Shown: positions 50,064-62,237 of the stretch, piece after piece
Layout: the number at the start of each line of letters is the position of its first letter
Position numbering within the stretch: position 1 is the first letter of the stretch
NCBI GenBank assembly: GCA_001767525.1
Contig: MELF01000029.1
Location: forward strand, 25,500-89,499
Source of the DNA: Acidobacteria bacterium RIFCSPLOWO2_12_FULL_68_19
Lineage (GTDB): Bacteria > Acidobacteriota > Vicinamibacteria > Vicinamibacterales > UBA2999
DNA length: 64,000 bases
Direction: 5' to 3'
Translations under genes and position numbers: made by a program
Notes under the pieces: model-generated
Seen by the model: the letters and a program-made list of their open reading frames with translations, nothing else
The model's database searches: none
What the model was told of the DNA's origin: nothing

Positions 50064-52367
50064 TCACCAGCGATGCAGCTCGCAGTACTCGGTCGGCTCG
50101 GTGCCCGCCAGGAACGACTCGGTGTAGACGCGCGGGCAGGTGGGGAGCGCGAGCGTGCCGGTGTCGCGGTCGATGTCGGCGACGGTGACGCCGTCGGGGA
50201 CGGTGAACGGGACGCTCGGCCGGCCGGCGAGCGCGCTCTTCATGAACTCGGTCCAGATCGGCAGCGCCGCCTGCGTGCCGGTGAGCGAGAGCGGCTGGTT
50301 GTCGTCGTACCCAACCCAGACGACCGTGAGCAGCTCCGGCGTGAAGCCGACGAACCAGGCGTCGCGCAGATCGTTGGTGGTGCCGGTCTTGCCCGCCGCG
50401 TCGAGGACGAACCCGGCGCTGCGCGCAGAGGCCGCCGTTCCTTCGTCGATCACGCTCCGCATCATGCTCGTGACGAGGTACGTCGTCTCCTCCCGTGCCG
50501 CGACGCGCGGGGGCGACGCCTTCGGCCGCAGCGTCCCGTCGGGCGCGGCGATCTGTCGAATCGCCCGGGGCGGACGGACGCGGCCGCCGTTGACGAAGAG
50601 CGTGTAGGCCTGCGCCACGTCGAGCGGCGTCAGCTCGAAGACGCCGAGCGTGATCGCCGGGAACGCCTTCGGCGGCGTGCCGACGCCGACGCGCCGCCAG
50701 AGCGCCGCGATGCGGTCGAAGCCGACCGTCTCGCCGACATGGACGGTGCCGAGGTTGCGCGACATGGCGAGCGCCCGCCTCCACGTGATCTCGCCGTCGT
50801 ACTCGTCGTAGTTGCGCGGCTCCCAGACCCGGTCGTCGAAGGTGAAGGTCGCCGGCTCGTCGACCGTCAGCGACGCCGGCGTCAGGTCGGTGCGCCCCTC
50901 CTCGGCGGCGAGCTCGAACGCCGCCAGGTACACGAACGGCTTGAAGACGGAGCCGGGCTGCCGGCGCGCGGCGATGGCGCGGTTGTACTGCGACTGGTGG
51001 TACGAGCGGCCGCCGATCATGGCGAGGATGTCGCCGCTGCGCGGGTCGACGGCGATGAGCGCGGCCTGCGCCGGCTGGGCGCGCTTGCGCCGGGCGAGCA
51101 GCCGATCGACGTTGGCGAGGCCGGCGCGCACCGCCGCGATGGCGGCACGCTGCATCGTGAGATCCAGCGTGGTGAAGACGTCCACCTGGCCCGGCTGCGC
51201 CGTGACGCCGGGAAACGCCTCGGCCACCTGTGCGGAGACGAGGTCGACGAAGTAGGGCGCCTCGTTGTCGACGGCCAGCGCGACCACCCGGAGCGGCTCG
51301 CGCGAGGCGCGCTCGGCCACGTCCGGCGTCAGGTACTCCTCGTCCGCCATCGCCCGCAGCACGACGTTCCGGCGCTCGACGGCGCGCTCGGGATGGGTGA
51401 ACGGCGAGTGCAGCCCCGGGCTCTGAATGACGCCGGCAACGAGCGCCGCCTCGGCCAGCGAGAGGTTGCTCACGTCCTTGCCGAAGAAGAGGCGCGCCGC
51501 TTCGGCCACGCCGTGGATCGCGAACGACCCCCGCTGCCCGAGGTAGACGTCGTTCAGGTACAGCTCCAGAATCTCGTCCTTGGTGGCGCGCCGCTCGAGC
51601 ACGAGCGACATGAGCGCTTCCCGGACCTTCCGCCCGTAGGAGCGCTCGCCGGCCTGGAGCTCCGCGTTGAACTCGTCCGCCAGGAAGAACATCCGCGCCA
51701 GCTGCTGCGTGATCGTGCTGTAGCCGACCAGGTGCCCCTTGTCCCCGAAGATGTTGGTCACCGCGGCGGCGAGCATGCGGAGCGGGTTGATGCCCGGATG
51801 CGCGTAGAACCCCTGGTCCTCGATCGCCAGCACCGCCCGCTGCATGTAGGCGGGAATGGTCGAGAGCGGCACGGTGCGTCGCTTCTGCCGTCCGCCGCTC
51901 GCCATCAGCGCGGTGAGGAGCGGAGGATCGAGCTCGACCGAGTCCCGCGGGCCCCGCCCTTCGATGTCGATGCTCTGGATCGCCCGGGTGAAACGGATCC
52001 GCACGGCGGCGCCGCCCAGATCGCCCGCCCTCGGCCGGATGGTCACCGCCGTGCGCTCGAGGGCGAACTCGCCCGGAGCGTCCGCCTGCGGCCGCTCGGT
52101 GTAGCCGAGGTCGTTGAGGAGCGCGACGAGCTCCTGCTGGCCGGCGGCCTGTCCGCGCCGGAGCACGACGGGGCGCGCAAAGACGCGCGGCAGCGTCCGC
52201 TCGCGCTCGCCGTGGAGCCGTTCGTCGATCTGCCTGGCGAAGGAAACAGAGGCGTACCCGCCGGCCGCCACCGCCGCCACGGCCGCCGCCGCGGCGGCAT
52301 ACGCCGCCAACCGCCGCCAGGAGCGACCGGCGGGTCGGGCCTTACGCGCTGAAGAGGACTCTGTCAT
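50064..52367 (-). CDS. Class A penicillin-binding protein (PBP1A/1B)
   Basis: N-terminal TM; transglycosylase EDxxF, STITQQL, RKVRE; transpeptidase SVFK, SRN, KTGT. Confidence 0.95.
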   Translation of the reverse strand: MTESSSARKARPAGRSWRRLAAYAAAAAAVAAVAAGGYASVSFARQIDERLHGERERTLPRVFARPVVLRRGQAAGQQELVALLNDLGYTERPQADAPGEFALERTAVTIRPRAGDLGGAAVRIRFTRAIQSIDIEGRGPRDSVELDPPLLTALMASGGRQKRRTVPLSTIPAYMQRAVLAIEDQGFYAHPGINPLRMLAAAVTNIFGDKGHLVGYSTITQQLARMFFLADEFNAELQAGERSYGRKVREALMSLVLERRATKDEILELYLNDVYLGQRGSFAIHGVAEAARLFFGKDVSNLSLAEAALVAGVIQSPGLHSPFTHPERAVERRNVVLRAMADEEYLTPDVAERASREPLRVVALAVDNEAPYFVDLVSAQVAEAFPGVTAQPGQVDVFTTLDLTMQRAAIAAVRAGLANVDRLLARRKRAQPAQAALIAVDPRSGDILAMIGGRSYHQSQYNRAIAARRQPGSVFKPFVYLAAFELAAEEGRTDLTPASLTVDEPATFTFDDRVWEPRNYDEYDGEITWRRALAMSRNLGTVHVGETVGFDRIAALWRRVGVGTPPKAFPAITLGVFELTPLDVAQAYTLFVNGGRVRPPRAIRQIAAPDGTLRPKASPPRVAAREETTYLVTSMMRSVIDEGTAASARSAGFVLDAAGKTGTTNDLRDAWFVGFTPELLTVVWVGYDDNQPLSLTGTQAALPIWTEFMKSALAGRPSVPFTVPDGVTVADIDRDTGTLALPTCPRVYTESFLAGTEPTEYCELHRW

Positions 52368-52371
52368 CGAC

Positions 52372-52451
52372 GAACCCGACCATCGACCCCGGAACCCGAA
52401 CCGAACCCGCACACGAACCGGGAACCGGGAACGGAGAAGCGCGAACGACAC
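52372..52451. repeat. Hairpin element family A, copy 3 (single arm)
   Basis: GAACC units ending gagaagcgcgaacgacac; no complementary arm seen. Confidence 0.75.
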
Positions 52452-52466
52452 GTCGCCGGTTCGGCA

Positions 52467-54086
52467 TCAGATCGTGATCACCCAGTGCGTGCCCTGGTCG
52501 AGCGGGAGATCGTCGCCCAGCCGGTCGACGAGCGCGCTGCCGTGCCGGTTGACGAAGTACACGAAGCCGATCGCCCGTTCCTGTGGATGGCCGCCGGGAA
52601 ACGCCTGCGCCTGGGCGTGATGGAACTGGCGCCGCAGCGTCTCGTCCTTGCGCTTGACGGCCTGGATGATCTTCGCGTGGAGCTTCTTGAGGTCGTCCTG
52701 CATGCGTCCGGCCGTCGAGCGCACCGCGCCTTCGAGCGTCGGGTCGATCCGGGCGACCGCGCGGCCGAGCGCCTCCATGCGCTCGGCGATCTCCCGCACC
52801 ACCTCCTCGTGCGACACCTGCACCGAGGTCGGAATCTGCGCTTCGAGCAGCTGGTTGAGCGCGCCTTCGTCCCGTGCCCGCAGCGCTTCGAGCGGAAGCT
52901 CGTGGCGGGCCAGGAAACGCGCGGCGCTGGAGTCGACGATGGTGGCCGTCGCGCGGTGGTACATCAGCGGCATCGGCACGCCGAACAGGTCGTAGACGCC
53001 GCGCAACTGGGCCAGGTAGGCGAGCTCGTTCGGTCCGGCGACGTAGCACGCGGTGGGGAAGAGCGTGTCCTGCACGAGCGGGCGCAGCAGCACGCTGGGA
53101 CTGAACTCGGCCGGCCGCGCGCGCACCCGCTCGAGCAGCGCCGCCGCGTCGCCGACGTGAATGCCCGCGCGGACGGCGCCGAGGCGGAACAGCGCCAGAT
53201 GGTCGAGCCCGGGCGCGACCTGCGCGTGGTAGCCCTGCGCCACGAGCGCGGCGCCCGCCTCCGCCGCCAGCCGCGGCGTGGCACCCGCCTGCTCGACCTC
53301 GCGCGCGAAGATCGGTTCGGCCAGCGGTTTGGCCGCCGGGTCGGCCGCGTCGAAGACGACGAGGCCCCGCGGCCCCAGGATCGACTCGAGCAGCCGGCCA
53401 AAAGCCTCCACCATGCCGCTGCCCGGCCGGTACGCGGCGCCGACCATCTCGATCACGGCAGGGCTGAACTCGGTCGGCGGCAGCTTCGAGGCGAGGTCCG
53501 CCACGGTCTCGGCAATCGAGGCGTCCAGGCGAAGGCGCGCGACGGGGCCCTCGCCCGCGCCCGGAAGGCGTCGGAGCGTCACCTCGACGAAATTCAGCTC
53601 GGCGTCGAGGACGCCGCACGCCTTCACTTCGTCCCAGTCGTGGTCCTCGGCGTCGATCCAGAACAGGGCGACCGCGGGAACGCGATGTTCGGCCGCGACG
53701 CGTTCGGCCAGGCGAATCGCCGTGAGCGCCTTGAGCAGCGTGAAGAGCGGCCCGCCGAAGAGCCCCGCCTGCTGGCCGGTGACGATGGCGACCGCCGCCG
53801 GATCGCGCAGCCGGGCCGCCGCCGCCAGCGCCGCCGGCGGCGCGCCGCGGCGGCGCTGCTGCGCGTCGACGATGTCGGCCATCGCGTCGCGCCGGCGTGG
53901 ATGCCGCTGCGCGCGGGCGATCGCCTGGCGCCATGCAGACGGGTCCGCGGGGTCGCCGGCAAAGAAGTCGGCCAGCCGCGCGTAGTCGAAGGCGTAATCG
54001 GCCGCCAGGCGTTTGATCCAGGGCAGACGGCGAATCTCGACTGGCAGGCGCGTGCCGGTGGCGGAGAGGCCAGTCTGCGGGAGCAC
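52467..54086 (-). CDS. bshC: Bacillithiol biosynthesis cysteine-adding enzyme
   Basis: [53 protein letters not shown]. Confidence 0.92.
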   Translation of the reverse strand: MLPQTGLSATGTRLPVEIRRLPWIKRLAADYAFDYARLADFFAGDPADPSAWRQAIARAQRHPRRRDAMADIVDAQQRRRGAPPAALAAAARLRDPAAVAIVTGQQAGLFGGPLFTLLKALTAIRLAERVAAEHRVPAVALFWIDAEDHDWDEVKACGVLDAELNFVEVTLRRLPGAGEGPVARLRLDASIAETVADLASKLPPTEFSPAVIEMVGAAYRPGSGMVEAFGRLLESILGPRGLVVFDAADPAAKPLAEPIFAREVEQAGATPRLAAEAGAALVAQGYHAQVAPGLDHLALFRLGAVRAGIHVGDAAALLERVRARPAEFSPSVLLRPLVQDTLFPTACYVAGPNELAYLAQLRGVYDLFGVPMPLMYHRATATIVDSSAARFLARHELPLEALRARDEGALNQLLEAQIPTSVQVSHEEVVREIAERMEALGRAVARIDPTLEGAVRSTAGRMQDDLKKLHAKIIQAVKRKDETLRRQFHHAQAQAFPGGHPQERAIGFVYFVNRHGSALVDRLGDDLPLDQGTHWVITI

Positions 54087-54218
54087 CGGAGGCTACTGTC
54101 GCAGAGCGCTCGGCGGAGTGTCAAGCAACGTGCTACGATCAGCGCGCACCACGCCTTCACCGCGACGTTTCCGCTCAAAGGAGTTCCGCCACTGACCCGG
54201 GACGGATCCGAGTTCGAT

Positions 54219-54875
54219 GTGCGCACCGACGCGACCGAGTCGGAGCCGCCGATCGATCTGCCGCTGCACGACCGCGCGCCTGTCTTCGAGGAGCCGTCGC
54301 CGCTAGGAGACACCGTCGCCGCCGCCGAGATCTCGTCGGTGTCCTCTGGCGGCAGCCGCGGCTTCGCCATCGGTCTACTCGTCCTCGGCCTGCTCGCCGG
54401 CTTCGGCGCCGGCTTCGTCGTCGGGCAGCGTCTGGCGCCGCCGGAGCCGCCGCGGGCGGTCGAAGTGCCGCGGCCGGCGCCTGTCGTGCCCGCACCACCC
54501 GTGGCGCCGATCGCTCCGGCGCTCGAGCCGGCGCTGGCGCCGGCCCGGAATGCCGTCTCCGAGCCTCCCGTTGTCGAAGCGCCCGTGGACGTTCGGGCAC
54601 CGGACGTGCCGCCCGCTCCTGCAGTGGCCAAGGCGCCGGTGGCGCGCCCTGCGCCTCCAGCCGTGCCGACGGCTACCATCCGCTTCGACTCACGCCCCGC
54701 CGGGGCGACAATCTACCTGGACGACGGCCGCATCGGCGTCACCCCGCTGACGCTCACTACGGTGACGCCCGGCGTGCACCAGGTGCGGATGGAGATGCTC
54801 GGACACGAGACGTGGCGGACATCGGTGACCGTGAAGGAAGGGGAGCAGTTCTTCGTCGGAGCCTCGCTCGAATGA
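54219..54875 (+). CDS. Membrane-anchored PEGA domain protein with Pro-rich linker
   Basis: [20 protein letters not shown]; C-terminal [21 protein letters not shown] motif. Start uncertain (a CTG at 54192 follows an AAAGGAG). Confidence 0.75.
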   Translation: MRTDATESEPPIDLPLHDRAPVFEEPSPLGDTVAAAEISSVSSGGSRGFAIGLLVLGLLAGFGAGFVVGQRLAPPEPPRAVEVPRPAPVVPAPPVAPIAPALEPALAPARNAVSEPPVVEAPVDVRAPDVPPAPAVAKAPVARPAPPAVPTATIRFDSRPAGATIYLDDGRIGVTPLTLTTVTPGVHQVRMEMLGHETWRTSVTVKEGEQFFVGASLE

Positions 54876-56011
54876 ACGCCATCCTCGCACTCGAAGACGG
54901 CACCTGGTACCGCGGCGTGGCCGCGGGCGCGCAGGGGGAGAGGTCGGGAGAGGTCGTCTTCAACACGAGCATGACCGGCTATCAGGAGGTGCTCACCGAT
55001 CCGTCCTACGCGGGGCAGATTGTCACGATGACCGCGCCGCTCATCGGCAACTACGGCGTGGCCGCGGGCGACGCCGAGTCGCAGGCGCCGCAGGTGGCCG
55101 GCTTCGTGATGCGGGAGGAGTCGCCGCTCTCGAGCAACTGGCGCGCGGACGGGACGCTCCGGGACTACCTCGTCCGCCACCACGTCGTGGCCATCGCCGA
55201 TATCGACACACGTGCGCTCACCCGGGTGCTGCGGTCGGCGGGGGTCATGCGCGGCGTGATGGCCACCGGGCAGGTCGATCCCGACGAGCTGGTGGCGAAG
55301 GCGCGGGCCGTTCCGAAGATGGAGGGGTCGGACCTCGTGCGCGGCGTCACGTGCGCTCGCGCGTACCGGTGGCGCGAGCGCGCGTCCGCCGAGGGCGACG
55401 CGGCGCATGCGGAGTTCGGGATGCCGCCGTGCCGCCGTGCCTCGCGCCGGCTGCGGGTGGCGGCCTACGACTTCGGCGTCAAGTGGAACATCCTGCGGCG
55501 GCTCGATGCCTACGGCTGCGACGTGCAGGTGTTTCCGGCGGCGACGCCGGCGCGGGAGCTGCTGGCGATCGAGCCGGACGGCATCTTCCTCAGCAACGGT
55601 CCGGGCGATCCGGCGGCGCTCCACTACGCCATCGACAACGTGCGGCAGCTGGTCGCGGCCGGCCGGCCGTTGTTCGGCATCTGTCTCGGCCACCAGATCC
55701 TCGGCCTGGCGGTCGGGGGCGAGACCTTCAAGCTGAAGTTCGGCCATCGCGGCGCGAACCATCCGGTGAAGGATCTCGACTCGGGCAAGGTCGAGATCAC
55801 GTCCCAGAACCACGGGTTCGCCGTGAACCCTGATTCGCTGCCCGCCGACGTCCGCGTGACGCACCTGAACCTGTACGACGGGACGGTGGAGGGCTTCCGG
55901 CACACGACGCGGCCGGTCTTCTCGGTGCAGTATCATCCCGAGGCGTCGCCCGGCCCGCACGACGCCGACTACCTGTTCCAGCAGTTCCTCGAGTCGATGG
56001 AGGAGCGCTGA
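54872..56011 (+). CDS. carA: Carbamoyl-phosphate synthase small subunit
   Basis: [40 protein letters not shown]. Confidence 0.98.
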   Translation: MNAILALEDGTWYRGVAAGAQGERSGEVVFNTSMTGYQEVLTDPSYAGQIVTMTAPLIGNYGVAAGDAESQAPQVAGFVMREESPLSSNWRADGTLRDYLVRHHVVAIADIDTRALTRVLRSAGVMRGVMATGQVDPDELVAKARAVPKMEGSDLVRGVTCARAYRWRERASAEGDAAHAEFGMPPCRRASRRLRVAAYDFGVKWNILRRLDAYGCDVQVFPAATPARELLAIEPDGIFLSNGPGDPAALHYAIDNVRQLVAAGRPLFGICLGHQILGLAVGGETFKLKFGHRGANHPVKDLDSGKVEITSQNHGFAVNPDSLPADVRVTHLNLYDGTVEGFRHTTRPVFSVQYHPEASPGPHDADYLFQQFLESMEER

Positions 56012-56023
56012 TCCCATGAGACA

Positions 56024-56089
56024 GGCCACAGAGACACAGAGCACACGGAGGGGATTGATCGTCTCTGTGCCCTCTGTGTCCCTGTGGCC
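56024..56089. repeat. Hairpin element family B, copy 3
   Basis: ggccacagagacacagagcacacggag ... ctctgtgccctctgtgtccctgtggcc between carA and carB. Confidence 0.85.
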
Positions 56090-56112
56090 CGATCTCGTCC
56101 GATGTCGTTCCC

Positions 56113-59354
<3,242 letters not shown>

Positions 59355-59382
<28 letters not shown>

Positions 59383-59549
59383 GCCCGCGATCGTACGACG
59401 ACCTTGGCCGGGTCGGCCGCCATCGCCTCGATCGCCGCGTCGGCGCTCGCCGCCTCGGTGACGCGGTAGTTCCATCGCGTCAGCCAGCGCGTGAGCAGCG
59501 CGCGGACGAGATCCTCGTCGTCGACGATCAGAACGAGCGGGTCCGCCAT
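59355..59549 (-). pseudogene. Truncated receiver domain
   Basis: VLIVDDEDLVR...AASADAA then loses homology before the phospho-Asp and reads into the carB 3' end. Confidence 0.65.
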
Positions 59550-59555
59550 GGACGA

Positions 59556-60146
59556 TCAGCCTCCTTCCTGGCGCACGACCTGCTCGAAGCACTCGGGGCA
59601 GATCCCGTGCGTGAAGGTCGCGTCGGTGTGCTCGGCGATGTAGCTCTCGACTTGCTGCCAGTAGTCGGGGCCGCTCCGGATGCGCTTGCAGTAGGCGCAG
59701 ATTGGCAGCAGCCCCTGGAGCTGCTTCACCTGCGCGAGCGCGGTTTCGAGCGCCCCGACGCGATCGGCCAGCGCCTGGTGCAGCGCCACTATCCGCTCGC
59801 CGACCTTCACGCGGGCCCTCAGCTCCGCGGCGTCGAACGGCTTGAACACGTAATCGTCGGCGCCAGCGGAGAATCCCTCCACGAGATCTTCGGGCCGGTT
59901 CCGCGAGGTGAGCAGGATGAGGTATGGCACGATCGGGCGCGGCGCCGCGCGGACGCGGCGGCACACCTCGGGGCCGGTGAGGCCGGGCATGACCCAGTCG
60001 AGCACCGCGACGAGCGGCCCGTCGGCCGCCTCGAGCGCCTCGCGCGCCGCGTCGCCGTCGGCCACCAGACGCACGTCGCGTCCCGCGAGCGCCGCCTCCA
60101 CCGCCCGGCGCACCAACGGGTCGTCGTCGGCGACGAGGATCGTCAT
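59556..60146 (-). CDS. Response regulator with C-terminal Cys/His putative zinc-binding domain
   Basis: ILVADDD, VLDWVMPG, DDYVFKPF; tail PICAYCKRIR...THGICPEC. Confidence 0.88.
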   Translation of the reverse strand: MTILVADDDPLVRRAVEAALAGRDVRLVADGDAAREALEAADGPLVAVLDWVMPGLTGPEVCRRVRAAPRPIVPYLILLTSRNRPEDLVEGFSAGADDYVFKPFDAAELRARVKVGERIVALHQALADRVGALETALAQVKQLQGLLPICAYCKRIRSGPDYWQQVESYIAEHTDATFTHGICPECFEQVVRQEGG

Positions 60147-60240
60147 GGAGTGGCGTCGATCCAATTCCGGTGCTCCTCCTCCTCGATGCGGCGCCGAAGC
60201 TGTCCTGGCTCGCGGGGAATCACGCCCCCTGCACGGCGCC

Positions 60241-60273
60241 AGTATCGGGGAAACGATCGCGAGGCTGCAAGAA
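60241..60273 (-). promoter_or_regulatory. Putative sigma70-type promoter
   Basis: TTC-TTGCAG-N18-GATACT-GGCG; same motif as at 61998-62029. Confidence 0.55.
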
Positions 60274-60379
60274 GAATGCGCGCCAGCGTGGCGCGCAGGC
60301 GGACCAATGATGACGAAGTGCGTCATCGTGGACCTTTGTATGACATGGGCGTGCGTGCGGAAGACCGCACGGGGGGCGT

Positions 60380-61756
60380 CTATCGAAGCCCGAACGAATC
60401 GAGCCGGCGATAGAGCGCCCGGCGGCTGATGCCGAGCAGCCGCGCGGCCGCCGAGCGGTTGCCGCCGACCTGCTGTAGCACCTGCTCGACCGTGCGGCGG
60501 TTGTGCGCCGGCTCGGCGGGCGTGTCACCCGGCGTCGGCAGTGCGGGGGCGCGGGGGCGCGCGGGTCGCGGCGCGCCGGCCCCGAGCACGGAGAGCACGT
60601 CGCGCTCGCTCAGGATGCGCCCCTCGCTCAGCATGCAGGCGCGCTCGATGACGTTCCGCAGCTCGCGCACGTTGCCGGGCCACGGCGCGTTGTGCAGCAG
60701 CCGCTCGGCGCCGGGGCTCACGCCGGCGAGCGCCTTGCCGAAACGTCCGGCGAACTCGCCGACGAACGCCGCCGTGAGGCACGGGATGTCCTCGGGCCGC
60801 TCGTGGAGCGACGGCAGGTTGATTTCCACCACGTTGAGCCGGTAGTAGAGATCCTGCCTGAACCGGCCGGCCACGACCTCATCGAAGAGCTGGCGGTTGG
60901 TCGCCGCGATGGTCCGTACGTCGACCGTGCGCCCCGCGGCGGCGCCGACCCGCTGCACCTCGCCGTACTCGATGACGCGCAGCAGTTTCGCCTGCACCGG
61001 CGCCGGCAGCTCGCCCACCTCGTCGAGGAAGATCGTGCCGCCGTCGGCCACTTCGAAGAGCCCCGCCTTGGCCTCGACGGCGCCAGTGAACGCGCCGCGC
61101 GTGTGGCCGAAGAGCTCGCTCTCGAACAGCGTCTCGACCACGGCCGCGCAGTTGAAGGCGACGAACTTCCTGTCCCGGCGCGGCCCCAGTGTGTGGAGCG
61201 CCCGGGCGACGAGCTCCTTGCCGGTGCCGGTCTCGCCCGTAATGAGCGCCGTCCGCGCGTGGGGCGCCAGGCGGCGGACCAGGTCGAACAGCTCCTGCAT
61301 CACCGGGCTGCGGCCGATCATCCCGCAGAACTCGAAACGGCTCGCCAGCTCGCTGTCGGCCACGAGCAGCCGCCGCCGCCGGTCGCGCCGGAACCGGACG
61401 GTATCGAGCAGTTCGCGCAGGCGGCCAAAGTCGAGCGGCTTGCTGAGATAGTCGAGCGCCCCGAGCTTCACCGCCTCGATCGCCGAATCGACGGTCGCGT
61501 ACGCGGTCATCAGGATCACCAGGCAGTCGGGATCGATTTCCCGGATGAGGCGCAGGACGTCGAGACCGCCCACCTCGGGCATGTTGCGATCGACGAGCGC
61601 CACGTCGGGCTTGAGCGCGGGAAGCTCGGTGAGGAGCGCATGGCCGCCGGTGCGGGTCACCACCTCGAAATCCTCGGCGGCGGCAAACCGCTCGACGACC
61701 GCGAGCATGCCCGGCTCGTCGTCGATCACCAGGAGGCGCGGCCGTTCCTCAGGCAT
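60380..61756 (-). CDS. Sigma54-dependent NtrC-family response regulator
   Basis: Receiver (IDDE, VDRNMP), GETGTGKE, GAFTGA, FLDEVGE, WPGNVRELRN, Fis-type HTH. Confidence 0.95.
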   Translation of the reverse strand: MPEERPRLLVIDDEPGMLAVVERFAAAEDFEVVTRTGGHALLTELPALKPDVALVDRNMPEVGGLDVLRLIREIDPDCLVILMTAYATVDSAIEAVKLGALDYLSKPLDFGRLRELLDTVRFRRDRRRRLLVADSELASRFEFCGMIGRSPVMQELFDLVRRLAPHARTALITGETGTGKELVARALHTLGPRRDRKFVAFNCAAVVETLFESELFGHTRGAFTGAVEAKAGLFEVADGGTIFLDEVGELPAPVQAKLLRVIEYGEVQRVGAAAGRTVDVRTIAATNRQLFDEVVAGRFRQDLYYRLNVVEINLPSLHERPEDIPCLTAAFVGEFAGRFGKALAGVSPGAERLLHNAPWPGNVRELRNVIERACMLSEGRILSERDVLSVLGAGAPRPARPRAPALPTPGDTPAEPAHNRRTVEQVLQQVGGNRSAAARLLGISRRALYRRLDSFGLR

Positions 61757-61967
61757 CGGTGGCCGAGGCGTGGCCCGGGAGCTCGGGGAGCAGCGCCACC
61801 GCCGCAAGCGCCGCCCGCTGGATCTGGGCGAGGTCGGCGCGCTTGGCGTCACCCTCGGGCAGCTCGCGCAGCAGCACGTCGCAGAAGCCGACGATCACCG
61901 ACAGGTGGTTCTTGAATTCGTGAACCAGACGTTCCCGCGGCGTCTCCGGCAGGGTCGACTCCGTCAT
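61749..61967 (-). CDS. Stand-alone HisKA/DHp-like mini-protein (72 aa)
   Basis: LVHEFKNHLSVIVGFCDVL H-box helix-hairpin; no ATPase or sensor domain; overlaps the NtrC start. Confidence 0.75.
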   Translation of the reverse strand: MTESTLPETPRERLVHEFKNHLSVIVGFCDVLLRELPEGDAKRADLAQIQRAALAAVALLPELPGHASATDA

Positions 61968-61997
61968 GAGAATCCGACTGCTCGACGAGGCGCCGCC

Positions 61998-62029
61998 AGT
62001 ATCGCAATGGGATCCCGGAAATGCAAGAA
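61998..62029 (-). promoter_or_regulatory. Putative sigma70-type promoter
   Basis: TTC-TTGCAT-N17-GATACT-GGCG, 30 nt upstream of ATG 61967. Confidence 0.6.
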
Positions 62030-62124
62030 AACAAACGAGATGCGCCGTCGCCAGAGGTGTCGTCGAACGGACGTACTGACTCACCGTATGCCTCGCTGTG
62101 CCGGGAACGGACAAAGGCGGCGGT

Positions 62125-62167
62125 CAGAAATTGCCGCGTGGGCTGACCTCCGCGTCGGCAATTTCTG
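62125..62167. other. Long inverted repeat in the divergent intergenic region
   Basis: CAGAAATTGCCG ... CGGCAATTTCTG, perfect 12-bp arms around a 19-nt spacer. Confidence 0.7.
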
Positions 62168-62237
62168 CCATCGACCCTCGTAACTCGTTGCTGCGGGCAC
62201 GGGCGGCGCTGTCGGTCCGTTTGCAGTCGTCGGCGTC

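Noticed and set aside
60250-62030. Sigma54 -24/-12 promoters near the NtrC gene
   Set aside because: Candidate GG...GC pairs had 9- or 14-nt spacing instead of the required 10.
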